Source: an uncultured Methanoregulaceae archaeon (GTDB taxonomy: Archaea; Halobacteriota; Methanomicrobia; Methanomicrobiales; Methanospirillaceae). From it: 64,000 nt of DNA. Shown here in pieces: positions 31,311-40,545 of this stretch (positions within the stretch are counted from its first letter, which is position 1; every line of letters begins with the position of its first letter). The DNA lies in assembly GCA_963737635.1 (NCBI GenBank), contig CAVTTL010000001.1, positions 1,440,001-1,504,000 of the forward strand, in the 5' to 3' direction. The translations under genes were made by a program, and so were the position numbers. A model generated the notes under the pieces. It was not told the DNA's origin. It saw only the letters and a program-made list of their open reading frames with translations, and ran no database searches.

Positions 31311-31844
31311 ATGCTTTCTACTGACCCAGTCGACCGCCTCATGCGAGCTGCCCTCACCTCTGACGAAGTATTTGTTACGACGCTGAATGATATTTTGAAA
31401 AATGATCTCCGGATCAGTGTCCGGGACCTTGCAGAACACTGCGGGATTGCCCAGAGCTCTCTTTATAAAATCCTGCATGGGAGACGCTTGCCCAACCTCT
31501 CGACTCTGAGGGAGATCGTACGTGCCCTGCGCCAGTTCTATCACATCGGTGACGAGAACTTTATCGGCCTTATCGCCGCCCGGCCCGTACTTGAGAGCGT
31601 GGAGGAATGCCTTGCTGATGTGGACGGCCATCGTATGCGGGTCCGGGAATACCCGGTTCACACGATGGAGGATGCGATCGTCGCCGCAGTTCGTGCAGAA
31701 CGAGAAGGGGCGATCGCGATCGTCTGCGCTCCTATAGTCTCCAGTATCATCGAGCAGCTGGTCCACGTGCCGGTAGCAACGATCATCCCCCGGGAATCAG
31801 TCCAGCAAGCGATCGAACTTGCCGCCCGGAAGGCGTGGATTTAA
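31311..31844 (+). CDS. Cro/C1-type HTH transcriptional regulator with C-terminal ligand-like domain
   Basis: ISVRDLAEHCGIAQSSLYKILHG...PNLSTL. Confidence 0.8.
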   Translation: MLSTDPVDRLMRAALTSDEVFVTTLNDILKNDLRISVRDLAEHCGIAQSSLYKILHGRRLPNLSTLREIVRALRQFYHIGDENFIGLIAARPVLESVEECLADVDGHRMRVREYPVHTMEDAIVAAVRAEREGAIAIVCAPIVSSIIEQLVHVPVATIIPRESVQQAIELAARKAWI

Positions 31845-31894
31845 TCGATCCGCGCACACACATGAATGTACATTAATATGGTGAGGGAAAACGG

Positions 31895-33376
31895 ATGCGG
31901 ACCGATGTTGTGAGACTTGGACGCCTTTCTGGGGAGAGGACGGGAGAGATGATGCGCTTTCTCTCGTCGATGCGATCCGACCGCTGTATTGCTGATGCCG
32001 ACGTGCTGGTGGATATCGCCCATGTGCTGATGCTCGAACGACAGAAGATTATCAGCACCGACATCGCAAAGCAGCTCATGCCGGCACTGCTTGAGCTCAA
32101 CAGCGAAGGAGTCCCTGAAGAAGTCTTTGACGACCGGTTCGAGGACGTTCATGCCGGGATCGAATCCCTTTTAATCGAAGCCATTGGTTCCGATGTTGGC
32201 GGCCGCATGCATATGGGCCGATCGCGCAACGATGAAGTGGCAACCTGCATCCGTCTCAAGCTGCGCGAAGACCTACTCAAGCAGATGGGGGCACTTTTAA
32301 AAGTCCGCGAAGTTCTCATCGCGCTTGCCGAGCAGCACCGGGAATCGATCATGCCCGGCTTTACCCACCTGCAGCACGCCCAGCCCACTACCCTCGCCCA
32401 TCACCTCCTTGCCTACGAGCAGCAGTTCTCCCGGGATTTTGACCGGCTGCATGACGCGTATGCCCGGGTCAACCTCTGCCCGCTTGGGGCTGCCGCGTTT
32501 GCATCCACCGGGTACCCCATCGACCGCGAATTTACCGCAAAACTGCTCGGGTTTGACGGCCCGGTCGTAAATACCATGGATGCCGTTGCGACCCGGGACT
32601 TTGCCCTTGAAACCCTTGCCGATCTCTCCATCCTGATGGCAAACGTGAGCCGGCTCTGCGAGGAGCTGGTCATCTGGAGCACCTCGTTTGTGAAATTTGT
32701 CACGCTTGATGACGCGTTCTGCTCAACTTCGTCCATCATGCCACAGAAGAAGAACCCGGACACCGCTGAGATCATGCGGGCAAAGACCGGATCGGTCTTC
32801 GGGGCTTATACCGGGGCGCTTATGACGGTCAAAGGCCTTCCCATGAGCTATAATCGTGACCTCCAGGAACTCACTCCTAACATATGGCGCGGGATGCGGG
32901 ACGCAAAAGAGAGCCTGCGTCTCCTCATCGATATGCTCTCCAGCGCTACGTTCGACACCGGGCGCATGAAAGAGGAGGCCGGTAAAGGGTTCTCGACCGC
33001 AACCGATCTTGCCGATACGCTCGTGCGGGATTACGGTCTTGCCTTCCGCGTAGCCCATAACATCGTGGGTCGGGCAGTCCAGAAGGGAAACCTTACCCTT
33101 GAGAATCTTGAGACGGCGGCAAAGGAGCTCGATCTCGGGATCTCCCTTTCAGATAAGGGGCTTACACAGGACCAGATCGATGCTGCGCTCGATGTGACAA
33201 ACTCTGTCGGTACACGAAAGGCGACTGGGGGACCGGCGCCGTTTGCAACGAAGATCGCGATTGCGGACCGGAAAAAACAGCTCGATACGGACTCAGCGTT
33301 CATCGACGACCGGCTGGCAAAAATCTCAAAAACAAAAGAAGACCTGATCTCTGATGCACGGAGGCTGGTAGTATAA
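31895..33376 (+). CDS. argH: Argininosuccinate lyase
   Basis: GRSRNDEV, PGFTHLQHAQP and SSIMPQKKNP. Confidence 0.96.
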   Translation: MRTDVVRLGRLSGERTGEMMRFLSSMRSDRCIADADVLVDIAHVLMLERQKIISTDIAKQLMPALLELNSEGVPEEVFDDRFEDVHAGIESLLIEAIGSDVGGRMHMGRSRNDEVATCIRLKLREDLLKQMGALLKVREVLIALAEQHRESIMPGFTHLQHAQPTTLAHHLLAYEQQFSRDFDRLHDAYARVNLCPLGAAAFASTGYPIDREFTAKLLGFDGPVVNTMDAVATRDFALETLADLSILMANVSRLCEELVIWSTSFVKFVTLDDAFCSTSSIMPQKKNPDTAEIMRAKTGSVFGAYTGALMTVKGLPMSYNRDLQELTPNIWRGMRDAKESLRLLIDMLSSATFDTGRMKEEAGKGFSTATDLADTLVRDYGLAFRVAHNIVGRAVQKGNLTLENLETAAKELDLGISLSDKGLTQDQIDAALDVTNSVGTRKATGGPAPFATKIAIADRKKQLDTDSAFIDDRLAKISKTKEDLISDARRLVV

Positions 33377-34611
33377 CCGCATTATTTTCTTCGGGGGATC
33401 AGGTCACCTGCACGTACGGCAACAGGACACTTTCCGGGACCTACATTACCGATCGCGACGGCATGGCGGTTGTGAAACTTTCAAGCGGTTATAATATCGG
33501 CGTGGAGAAAGCGTGCTGCACACTTGTATGCAGTGTCCCGGCCCCCGCCTCCCGCCAGGTGCCGATCCGGCAGGACCAGGATCTTCCCGAACTTGCCATC
33601 ATCTCTACCGGCGGCACAATTGCAAGCCGGATCGATTACCGGACCGGGGCCGTAACCAGCCAGTTCGATGCGGATGATATTCTCATCGCGATCCCGGTTC
33701 TTGCCGAGATCGGCCGCTACCGCACGAAACAGCTCTACACCATCCTCTCCGAAAACATGACTCCGGCGATCTGGCAGGAGCTTGCAAAGGCAATTTATGA
33801 TGAAATAAAGCACGGCGTCACAGGTGTCATTGTTACACATGGCACAGATACGATGGCCTACAGCGCAGCTGCCATCAGTTTCATGATCGACACTCCTGTT
33901 CCGATTGTCTTTGTCGGGTCCCAGCGTTCGGCCGACCGGCCGTCCAGCGACAATGCGATGAATGCGGTCTGTGCAGCACGTGTGGCAGAGAGTGATCTGG
34001 GTGAAGTGGTCGTCGTTATGCACGGGACGACGAATGATGACTCCTGTGCCATCCACCGGGGCACCCGTGTGCGAAAGATGCACACTTCCCGGCGCGATGC
34101 GTTCAAAAGTATCGGTATTCCCCCGGTCGGGGCGGTGGATTATGCAACCCGCATAGTAACCCTGACCGACATGGCAGTCCGCAGGGGCACGCATAAACTA
34201 GCCCTGCACGACAAACTCGAACCACATTGCGGCCTTGTCCAGTTCTATCCCGGCATGTCCCCGGATCTCCTGAACCTCTACGAGGGATACAAGGGGCTTA
34301 TTCTCTCAGGTACTGGTCTTGGGCACGTGAGCACGGCGCTGATCCCGCAGATACAACACCTGATTGCCAGTGGCACACAGGTAGTCATGACCTCGCAGTG
34401 CATGAACGGCCGGGTCTGTGACCGGGTCTATGATACGGGACGCGACCTTCTGGCCGCCGGCGTCATCGAAGGCGGCGATATGCTTCCCGAAGTAGCACTC
34501 GTTAAGCAGATGTGGGTGCTCGGCAATGAGAAAGACCCGGAGAAAGCAGCGGTGCTGATGAAGAGTGATCTCAAAGGTGAGTGTATGCAGAGGAGCGCCC
34601 ATGGCTTATAA
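33373..34611 (+). CDS. gatD: Glu-tRNA(Gln) amidotransferase subunit D (homology extends 30 codons upstream of ATG 33463 to an ATA)
   Basis: KLSSGYNIG, TGGTIASR, HGTDT, SQRSADRPSSD and RKMHTSRRDAF. Confidence 0.93.
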   Translation: MTALFSSGDQVTCTYGNRTLSGTYITDRDGMAVVKLSSGYNIGVEKACCTLVCSVPAPASRQVPIRQDQDLPELAIISTGGTIASRIDYRTGAVTSQFDADDILIAIPVLAEIGRYRTKQLYTILSENMTPAIWQELAKAIYDEIKHGVTGVIVTHGTDTMAYSAAAISFMIDTPVPIVFVGSQRSADRPSSDNAMNAVCAARVAESDLGEVVVVMHGTTNDDSCAIHRGTRVRKMHTSRRDAFKSIGIPPVGAVDYATRIVTLTDMAVRRGTHKLALHDKLEPHCGLVQFYPGMSPDLLNLYEGYKGLILSGTGLGHVSTALIPQIQHLIASGTQVVMTSQCMNGRVCDRVYDTGRDLLAAGVIEGGDMLPEVALVKQMWVLGNEKDPEKAAVLMKSDLKGECMQRSAHGL

Positions 34612-36448
34612 GACCGTGGGACTTATGGCTGGTATCGAGATCCACCAGCAGCTCGATACCAAGGAGAAGCTCTTCTGCCACTGCCCGACGACGCTCATGA
34701 ATAACGCTGAGCATACCGGGGAGTTCTTCCGGTACCTGCGGGCGACAGAGAGTGAGATGGGTGAGATTGACCGGGCCGCACAGGAAGAGATGAAACGGGT
34801 GCGCAAGTTCCAGTATTATACCTACGGAACCACCTGTCTCGTCGAGAACGATGAGGAGCCGCCCGCGCCACTCAACGAAGAAGCGCTCACCATTGGCCTC
34901 ACTATTGCAAAGACGTTTAGTATGACGCCGATCCCGCAGGTGCACACGATGCGCAAGCTCGTGATCGACGGCTCCAATACGAGCGGGTTCCAGCGCACGG
35001 CCCTTGTGGCAATCAACGGCGCCCTCCCGAATGGTGGGATCATCGAGACGATCTGTATCGAGGAGGAAGCGGCGCAAAGAGTCAAGGACGATATCTTCTC
35101 CCTTGACCGTCTCGGTATCCCGCTTGTCGAGATAACGACCTCGCCGTGCATGCATACCCCGGAGGACGTCCAGCAGGTTGCCGAGTATATCGGCATGGTG
35201 CTCCGGTCGACCGGCGCAGTCAAGCGTGGCCTCGGGACGATACGGCAGGATGTCAATATCTCAATCAAAGACGGTGCCCGTGTCGAGATAAAAGGTGTAC
35301 AGGAACTCGACCTTATTGCGGAAGTCGTCCGCCGGGAAGTCCAGCGGCAACAGAGCCTGCTTGCAATTCACGCGGAGCTTGTCAAACGTAACGTCAGCGT
35401 CGGCATGGAGCAGATCGATATCACGGATCTCTTTAAAGAGACTAAGTCTGCGATCCTCAAAAAGGCAAAGAAGATCTATGCCCTTGTCCTACCGGGTTTC
35501 GCCGGGCTTGTCGGCCGCGAGATCCAGCCCGGCCGCCGGCTCGGGAGCGAGATGTCGGATTATGCAAAGAAGTGCGGAGTTGGTGGGATCTTCCACACCG
35601 ACGAACTCCCGGCGTACGGTGTCACCGCAGACGAGGTCGCATGCCTCCGCGAGTTTGTCCATGCACAAGAACAGGACTGCGTGATCCTTATTGCCGGCGC
35701 AAACGAAAAGCAGGCGGGCTGTGCCTGGAACCAAGTGCACAATCGGGCGAAGATCGCCCTGTCGGACAAGCCCGTTCCCGAAGAGACCCGGAAGATGCTT
35801 GAAGAGGGCAGTACGGCATATATGCGCCCTCTCCCCGGGGCGGAGCGGATGTATCCCGAGACCGATGTCCTACCAGTACGGATTGACGAATGCCGGTGGA
35901 ATGCGGTGACCGTGCCGGAGCTTTTAACCGTCAAAGCCGAGCGGTTCGCAAAGGAACTCGGGCTTGACCCAGCCGTCGCCCGGCAGATGGCATTCTCCGA
36001 GTACCGCCCCCTTTTCGAGCAGGCGCTTACCGCAGGGGTCAAGGCAAACCTCGCGTCCCGCGCGCTGCTGGCGACCATAAAGGAAATCCGTCGGGACGGC
36101 GTGAACACCGACGTGATTCCGGACGATGCGATCCTCTCCGTTCTCAAGGCAGTTGAGAATGGCACCGCGGCAAAGGAGGCAATCCCGGAGATCCTCACGG
36201 CAATTGCCGGGGGAAGCACGGCTGAACAGGCAATGGCCAAACTTGCCCCTGCTGTCTCCCGTGACGAGCTTGAAACAGTGATCAGGAAGATTGTTGATGA
36301 GCGTGCGGAGTTTGTGGCCCAGAAACAGAAGGCTGCTCTTGGCCCCCTCATGGGGGTCGTGATGCAGGAAGTCCGGGGTTCTGTGGACGGGAAAGTTGTA
36401 AGCGAGCTGCTCAAAAAAGAGATCGAAAAGGCGCTGGGGCGGAAGTGA
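34601..36448 (+). CDS. gatE: Glu-tRNA(Gln) amidotransferase subunit E
   Basis: GIEIHQQL, RKLVIDGSNTSGFQRT, RGLGTIRQDVN and RMYPETD. Confidence 0.96.
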   Translation: MAYKTVGLMAGIEIHQQLDTKEKLFCHCPTTLMNNAEHTGEFFRYLRATESEMGEIDRAAQEEMKRVRKFQYYTYGTTCLVENDEEPPAPLNEEALTIGLTIAKTFSMTPIPQVHTMRKLVIDGSNTSGFQRTALVAINGALPNGGIIETICIEEEAAQRVKDDIFSLDRLGIPLVEITTSPCMHTPEDVQQVAEYIGMVLRSTGAVKRGLGTIRQDVNISIKDGARVEIKGVQELDLIAEVVRREVQRQQSLLAIHAELVKRNVSVGMEQIDITDLFKETKSAILKKAKKIYALVLPGFAGLVGREIQPGRRLGSEMSDYAKKCGVGGIFHTDELPAYGVTADEVACLREFVHAQEQDCVILIAGANEKQAGCAWNQVHNRAKIALSDKPVPEETRKMLEEGSTAYMRPLPGAERMYPETDVLPVRIDECRWNAVTVPELLTVKAERFAKELGLDPAVARQMAFSEYRPLFEQALTAGVKANLASRALLATIKEIRRDGVNTDVIPDDAILSVLKAVENGTAAKEAIPEILTAIAGGSTAEQAMAKLAPAVSRDELETVIRKIVDERAEFVAQKQKAALGPLMGVVMQEVRGSVDGKVVSELLKKEIEKALGRK

Positions 36449-36540
36449 AAAGCGGCTTTTGTCCCTCTTTTCTTGTTGAACCGTAATTTAGTCCACATAT
36501 GCCATTTGATTTTCGATGTGACTGAACCGTGCCGGCTCAC

Positions 36541-36991
36541 CTATCCCGGAGTCCCGAACGTGAACTTGCTCTGCCCGTGGTAATTCCAGAGAAACGCACA
36601 ACAGGTCGCAAAGATCTTGGCTATGATAGGAGTAAGGGAAAAGAAGGTTACGCTGAGCCAGACAATCCCGAGGTTGACTATCAGGCAGGAGACCGAGATC
36701 GCCGCAAAGGTCGCAAACTGAGTGGTGGTCTTCCGGCTCATGTCGTGGAAGGTGATGTACCTGTTCGCGGTGTAACTGACGACGATCCCGCAACAGTACG
36801 AGAACGTGGCTGCGTACAGGTACCAGACCCCAAGCCACGTGGTACAGCAGGTACATCAGTCCGATATCCACCAGTGATGAGAAGACGCCGACACAAAAGA
36901 ACGGGACAATCCGCGATTTGAAGTGCCCTGCAATCTGTCTGTCCATGTTCCTGTACTCCGCTCCCGGCTCGTGCACCGTGGTCCTGATCAT
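36541..36991 (-). CDS. GtrA-family flippase-like protein (frameshift near 36847)
   Basis: FFCVGVFSSLVD...NRYITF...AKIFA...WNYHGQSKFTF across two frames. Confidence 0.8.
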
Positions 36992-39270
36992 TAGACCGTT
37001 CCAAGACAATCGTACAGGGTATTATCTATCACTCCTTGGACTCCCGTCATTCCGGAGAGAGTGCTTACATTGACAGTTCTGAACTGGTTGCCCTGTGGAG
37101 ATAGGAAGCCTGATCCTGCCGGAGCAGACATCCCGGTCTGGTTTTCCAGGCTGCCGGTCGAGCCACCCCACTCGGAGGCGGGGACTGCCGTGCAGTGGGT
37201 ACTTACCCAGCTGAGGATCTCACTGTTTCCTCCGCCACCGGTTCCACCTGTCTCGAAATACCGGACCTTGCCTTTCCGGATGTAGTCCTGAAGGGTAGTC
37301 ACATTCAGGACTTGGTCGCTGCCCGTGAATCCCCCGAGGCACATGACCGGTTCTCCGGTCTCGATGATCAGGTCCGCCCCGGCTTGGGCGTTCGGGACCG
37401 CGATTATCCATGTCTCATTTGTGGTATGAGTAAGCAGGAATTCCGCAAGCTGGCTGGTTGACGCATCTCCCCCTCCCATACCCTGCGGCCCTTCGCTCAT
37501 AGCAGAAACCCCGGATGTCTGGTTACCTGGGAATCCTCCTGCGGTATTCATGCCGGAAATTCCGGGAGCGCTCATGTCGCCACGGAATCTCTGCGGACCT
37601 GCCGTCGGGATGTTACCCCCGTTCCCGTTCATAATTGGCGTAAAGGACCAGACTAAGGGGGCGATAAAGAGGATGCCGATTGCGATTATGATGATGTGCG
37701 TCCTGTGGTTTACCAAGGTTGCAGTCTTCCGTACCCGCATCCAGACAAGGAGCCCAGTACATGCAAGAGTCCCGAAAAGGACGAGAGGGATCAAGGGACC
37801 TGACCATTCCGCATCATAGGAAAGGAACAGGGTCTGGAGGAGGCCGGTTATGAGGATCGCGACGACAACGAGCCAGCCTGTCCAGCTGCCGGTAACGTAT
37901 TTCTGGTACAGCCCGGCCGCCCCAATCCCGATAAGCCCTGCAATTGGAGGGGCGATTGTTGCTATATAGTAGTCGTGCCAGAACCCGGTGGTGAAACTGA
38001 AGTAGAGGAGGCCGGGAATAAGCCAGAGCAGCATCGCGATGAGAGTGAGCCCTTTCTCGCTCGTATACCCAGCCTCGGCAAGTCCTTTGCGGGAGAAAGC
38101 ATTCGGTCTCCGTACCCAGGCGAGGACTCCGATGAGGGCGAATGCAAGGAGCCAGGAGATCTCTCCTGCAAGTCCTTCGCCAAAGACCCGGAAAATGCTC
38201 GGGCTTCCGCCACTGTTCATTCCTCCGCCTCCGTTCATACCGCCGTTGCCCGGAGCAGATCCGCCCATGAATCCGGATGATCCTGCGTGCTGTTGTCCTT
38301 CGCCGGAAGATGCCATCCCGCCCGGGCCACCCGGCGGAGCTCCCGAGATGCTGCCTTGGCTGCCACCTGGTCCCGGGAATGAGGAACCGGCCTGGCCTGC
38401 CGCCATTCCGCTGCTGTTCTGTCCCTGCCCTGGCTGCCCACCTGCAGAAGTACCTGGTCCTCCGCCCGTGTCTTCTATCCCGAGACGGTGGAGGCCGTTA
38501 TAATCAATGATGAGGCCAAGCACCGTGTTGTCCCCGCTGCCACCGATATACGGACGCTGATCTGCAGGGATCATGTCCACCGCGACTGCCCACGAGAGGG
38601 AGACTGCAAGGAGCACGGCTAGTGCAAAGACAAGATGGAGAACCCGCTTTTTTATCGGGATCCCCGTGCCGAGAAGGTAGATGGCAAGGATCGCCGGGAC
38701 GACGATGAACGCCTGGATCATCTTGATGTTAAAGCCGATCCCGACAAGGATGACGGAGCCAAGGAGCCAAGGCAGCGATCGTTCCCGCGCAGCCCGGAGA
38801 CCGGCCCAGAGCGCAAGGAGGAGGACAAAGATCAGCTGGGTGTCCATGGTCCCGTTCCGGGAGATCGCAACGAAAATCGGTGTCACAGCAAGGGCAAGGG
38901 CTGCTACAAGCCCCGCTGGCTTCCCAAACGGCCGGGACACAATAATGTAGACGAGGAAGACTGAGCCGATCCCAGCGAGTGCTTGGGGAAGGACGAGGAC
39001 CCAACCGCTGAATCCTAGCACTGCAGCAAAAGCCGCCTGGACCCAGAGGCCGACCGGAGGTTTGTCAATCGTTATAAACCCGGCAGGATCGAAGGAGTTA
39101 AAGAAGGCGATGCCCGGGTTTACGAGCATGCTTTTTGCAGCGGCGGCATAGTACGTATTCGTGATTCCTTGGTTCCAGATATTCCAGATATTGAGGAACG
39201 CGGAAAGAAGGAGGATCCCGCAGAGCAGGCACTCGGCCCGGTACCGGCTCAGGAATGCGGGAACTCTCAT
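36991..39270 (-). CDS. GT39/PMT-like (YkcB-type) multi-TM glycosyltransferase with Gly/Met-rich loops
   Basis: NTYYAAA, ITIDKPP, RNGTMD, GFNIKM, RPYIGGS, YNGLHRL and VMCLGGFTGSD. Confidence 0.88.
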   Translation of the reverse strand: MRVPAFLSRYRAECLLCGILLLSAFLNIWNIWNQGITNTYYAAAAKSMLVNPGIAFFNSFDPAGFITIDKPPVGLWVQAAFAAVLGFSGWVLVLPQALAGIGSVFLVYIIVSRPFGKPAGLVAALALAVTPIFVAISRNGTMDTQLIFVLLLALWAGLRAARERSLPWLLGSVILVGIGFNIKMIQAFIVVPAILAIYLLGTGIPIKKRVLHLVFALAVLLAVSLSWAVAVDMIPADQRPYIGGSGDNTVLGLIIDYNGLHRLGIEDTGGGPGTSAGGQPGQGQNSSGMAAGQAGSSFPGPGGSQGSISGAPPGGPGGMASSGEGQQHAGSSGFMGGSAPGNGGMNGGGGMNSGGSPSIFRVFGEGLAGEISWLLAFALIGVLAWVRRPNAFSRKGLAEAGYTSEKGLTLIAMLLWLIPGLLYFSFTTGFWHDYYIATIAPPIAGLIGIGAAGLYQKYVTGSWTGWLVVVAILITGLLQTLFLSYDAEWSGPLIPLVLFGTLACTGLLVWMRVRKTATLVNHRTHIIIIAIGILFIAPLVWSFTPIMNGNGGNIPTAGPQRFRGDMSAPGISGMNTAGGFPGNQTSGVSAMSEGPQGMGGGDASTSQLAEFLLTHTTNETWIIAVPNAQAGADLIIETGEPVMCLGGFTGSDQVLNVTTLQDYIRKGKVRYFETGGTGGGGNSEILSWVSTHCTAVPASEWGGSTGSLENQTGMSAPAGSGFLSPQGNQFRTVNVSTLSGMTGVQGVIDNTLYDCLGTV

Positions 39271-39437
39271 ACAAGCCGCCGCTCGATCAACGCAATCATG
39301 CGGGAGATCTCTTTCGCATTTTCCCTGCTGTGTTCCACCGCATCCTGTTCTATGTCAGAAAGTAACTCATGAATTCTCTCGATCTCTTCTAATGTAACAA
39401 TAAACCACTTCTGCCCGGATCGCGTAGATGGCATCAT
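39267..39437 (-). CDS. Small helical hypothetical protein coupled to the GT39 gene
   Basis: ATGA overlap with the GT39 start; amphipathic charged sequence. Confidence 0.5.
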   Translation of the reverse strand: MMPSTRSGQKWFIVTLEEIERIHELLSDIEQDAVEHSRENAKEISRMIALIERRLV

Positions 39438-39721
39438 TTCCCGGCACCCCCATCTGTCTGGTGGATACACTCATTTGCGATGGATATATTAGTCACATGG
39501 TACCGGTGAGAACAAGTCCCCGGACCGGATATATTGAACCACACTGGATCATATATCGCATCCCGGCCTGCAACCGCTCGTTCTCTTCTATCCTGTACGC
39601 ATTTTCCGCACAAATCCATTCGGAAACAACAAAAATGCCAACTTATTTTATTCACTGCACTGATAGTATGGTAAAGCGTACCAGCCGCTCCTGTGTGCGC
39701 CTGAACAATCGGGGGTCTTTG

Positions 39722-40492
39722 ATGGTAGCAGACAAAAAAACGGTAAGCGTCTCAACAGATCCGGAATTCATACAGGAACTATCCGAATATCTCGAAGTCC
39801 TTTCAAACCCGGTGCGGCTCAAAATTCTCAAGGTCATTGAACGGGAACCAAAGGAGATCACCGAGATCTCCTCCCGCATCAATACCAGCTATGCGAATAC
39901 CAAAAAACACATAGACCAGCTGGTCCACATCGGCCTTGTGAAAAAAGAGGCTGGCTTTGGGAGGGAGACCGTAAAGGGGATTCACCCGGTCTGGAAATTC
40001 TCTCTTGCTGAAGGCGGTCTCGAAATGCTCATCAAGAATCTGGGGGTCTTTTCCCGGGTGAATATTCCTATGGGCTTTGGCGAGATCCAAAAAAGACTTG
40101 AATCGGTGCGGGCAGCCATCATAAAAGAGGCCGGCGCACACAACCCGGCACTCCATCTCCTGAGCGGGAGTCAGGCAGGCCAGACATTCCTGCTCAAAAA
40201 AGATCATATCGCTGTAGGCCGGGCAGATCCTGATAATCCTTCGCGCAGCGGCGAGAGCGATATCTTTCTTCCCGAAGATTATGTCATGGTCACCCGGATC
40301 ACAAAACCGCATGCAGTCATTTCCCGATCGGCGGAAGGCTGGCATGTCGAAGATCGCGGCAGCTCAGGAGGCACCTATATAAATAGTGAACTTATCTCCC
40401 CTCTGCACAAAACAATTCTTAAAGACGGGGATGTCATCGATTTCGCGTTAGGTGAGAGCGCGGCCCGGTTCCTTTTTATCTCAGGGAGTTGA
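39722..40492 (+). CDS. ArsR-like winged-HTH plus FHA domain transcription regulator
   Basis: VLSNPVRLKILKVI...TKKHIDQLVHIGLV; FHA motifs VGR, TRITKPH and VEDRGSSGGTYIN. Confidence 0.85.
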   Translation: MVADKKTVSVSTDPEFIQELSEYLEVLSNPVRLKILKVIEREPKEITEISSRINTSYANTKKHIDQLVHIGLVKKEAGFGRETVKGIHPVWKFSLAEGGLEMLIKNLGVFSRVNIPMGFGEIQKRLESVRAAIIKEAGAHNPALHLLSGSQAGQTFLLKKDHIAVGRADPDNPSRSGESDIFLPEDYVMVTRITKPHAVISRSAEGWHVEDRGSSGGTYINSELISPLHKTILKDGDVIDFALGESAARFLFISGS

Positions 40493-40545
40493 TGAGGTTT
40501 GAAGGAAGCCGGGGCTGCGCGCACGAGGAAGTGAGGATCTGTCAT

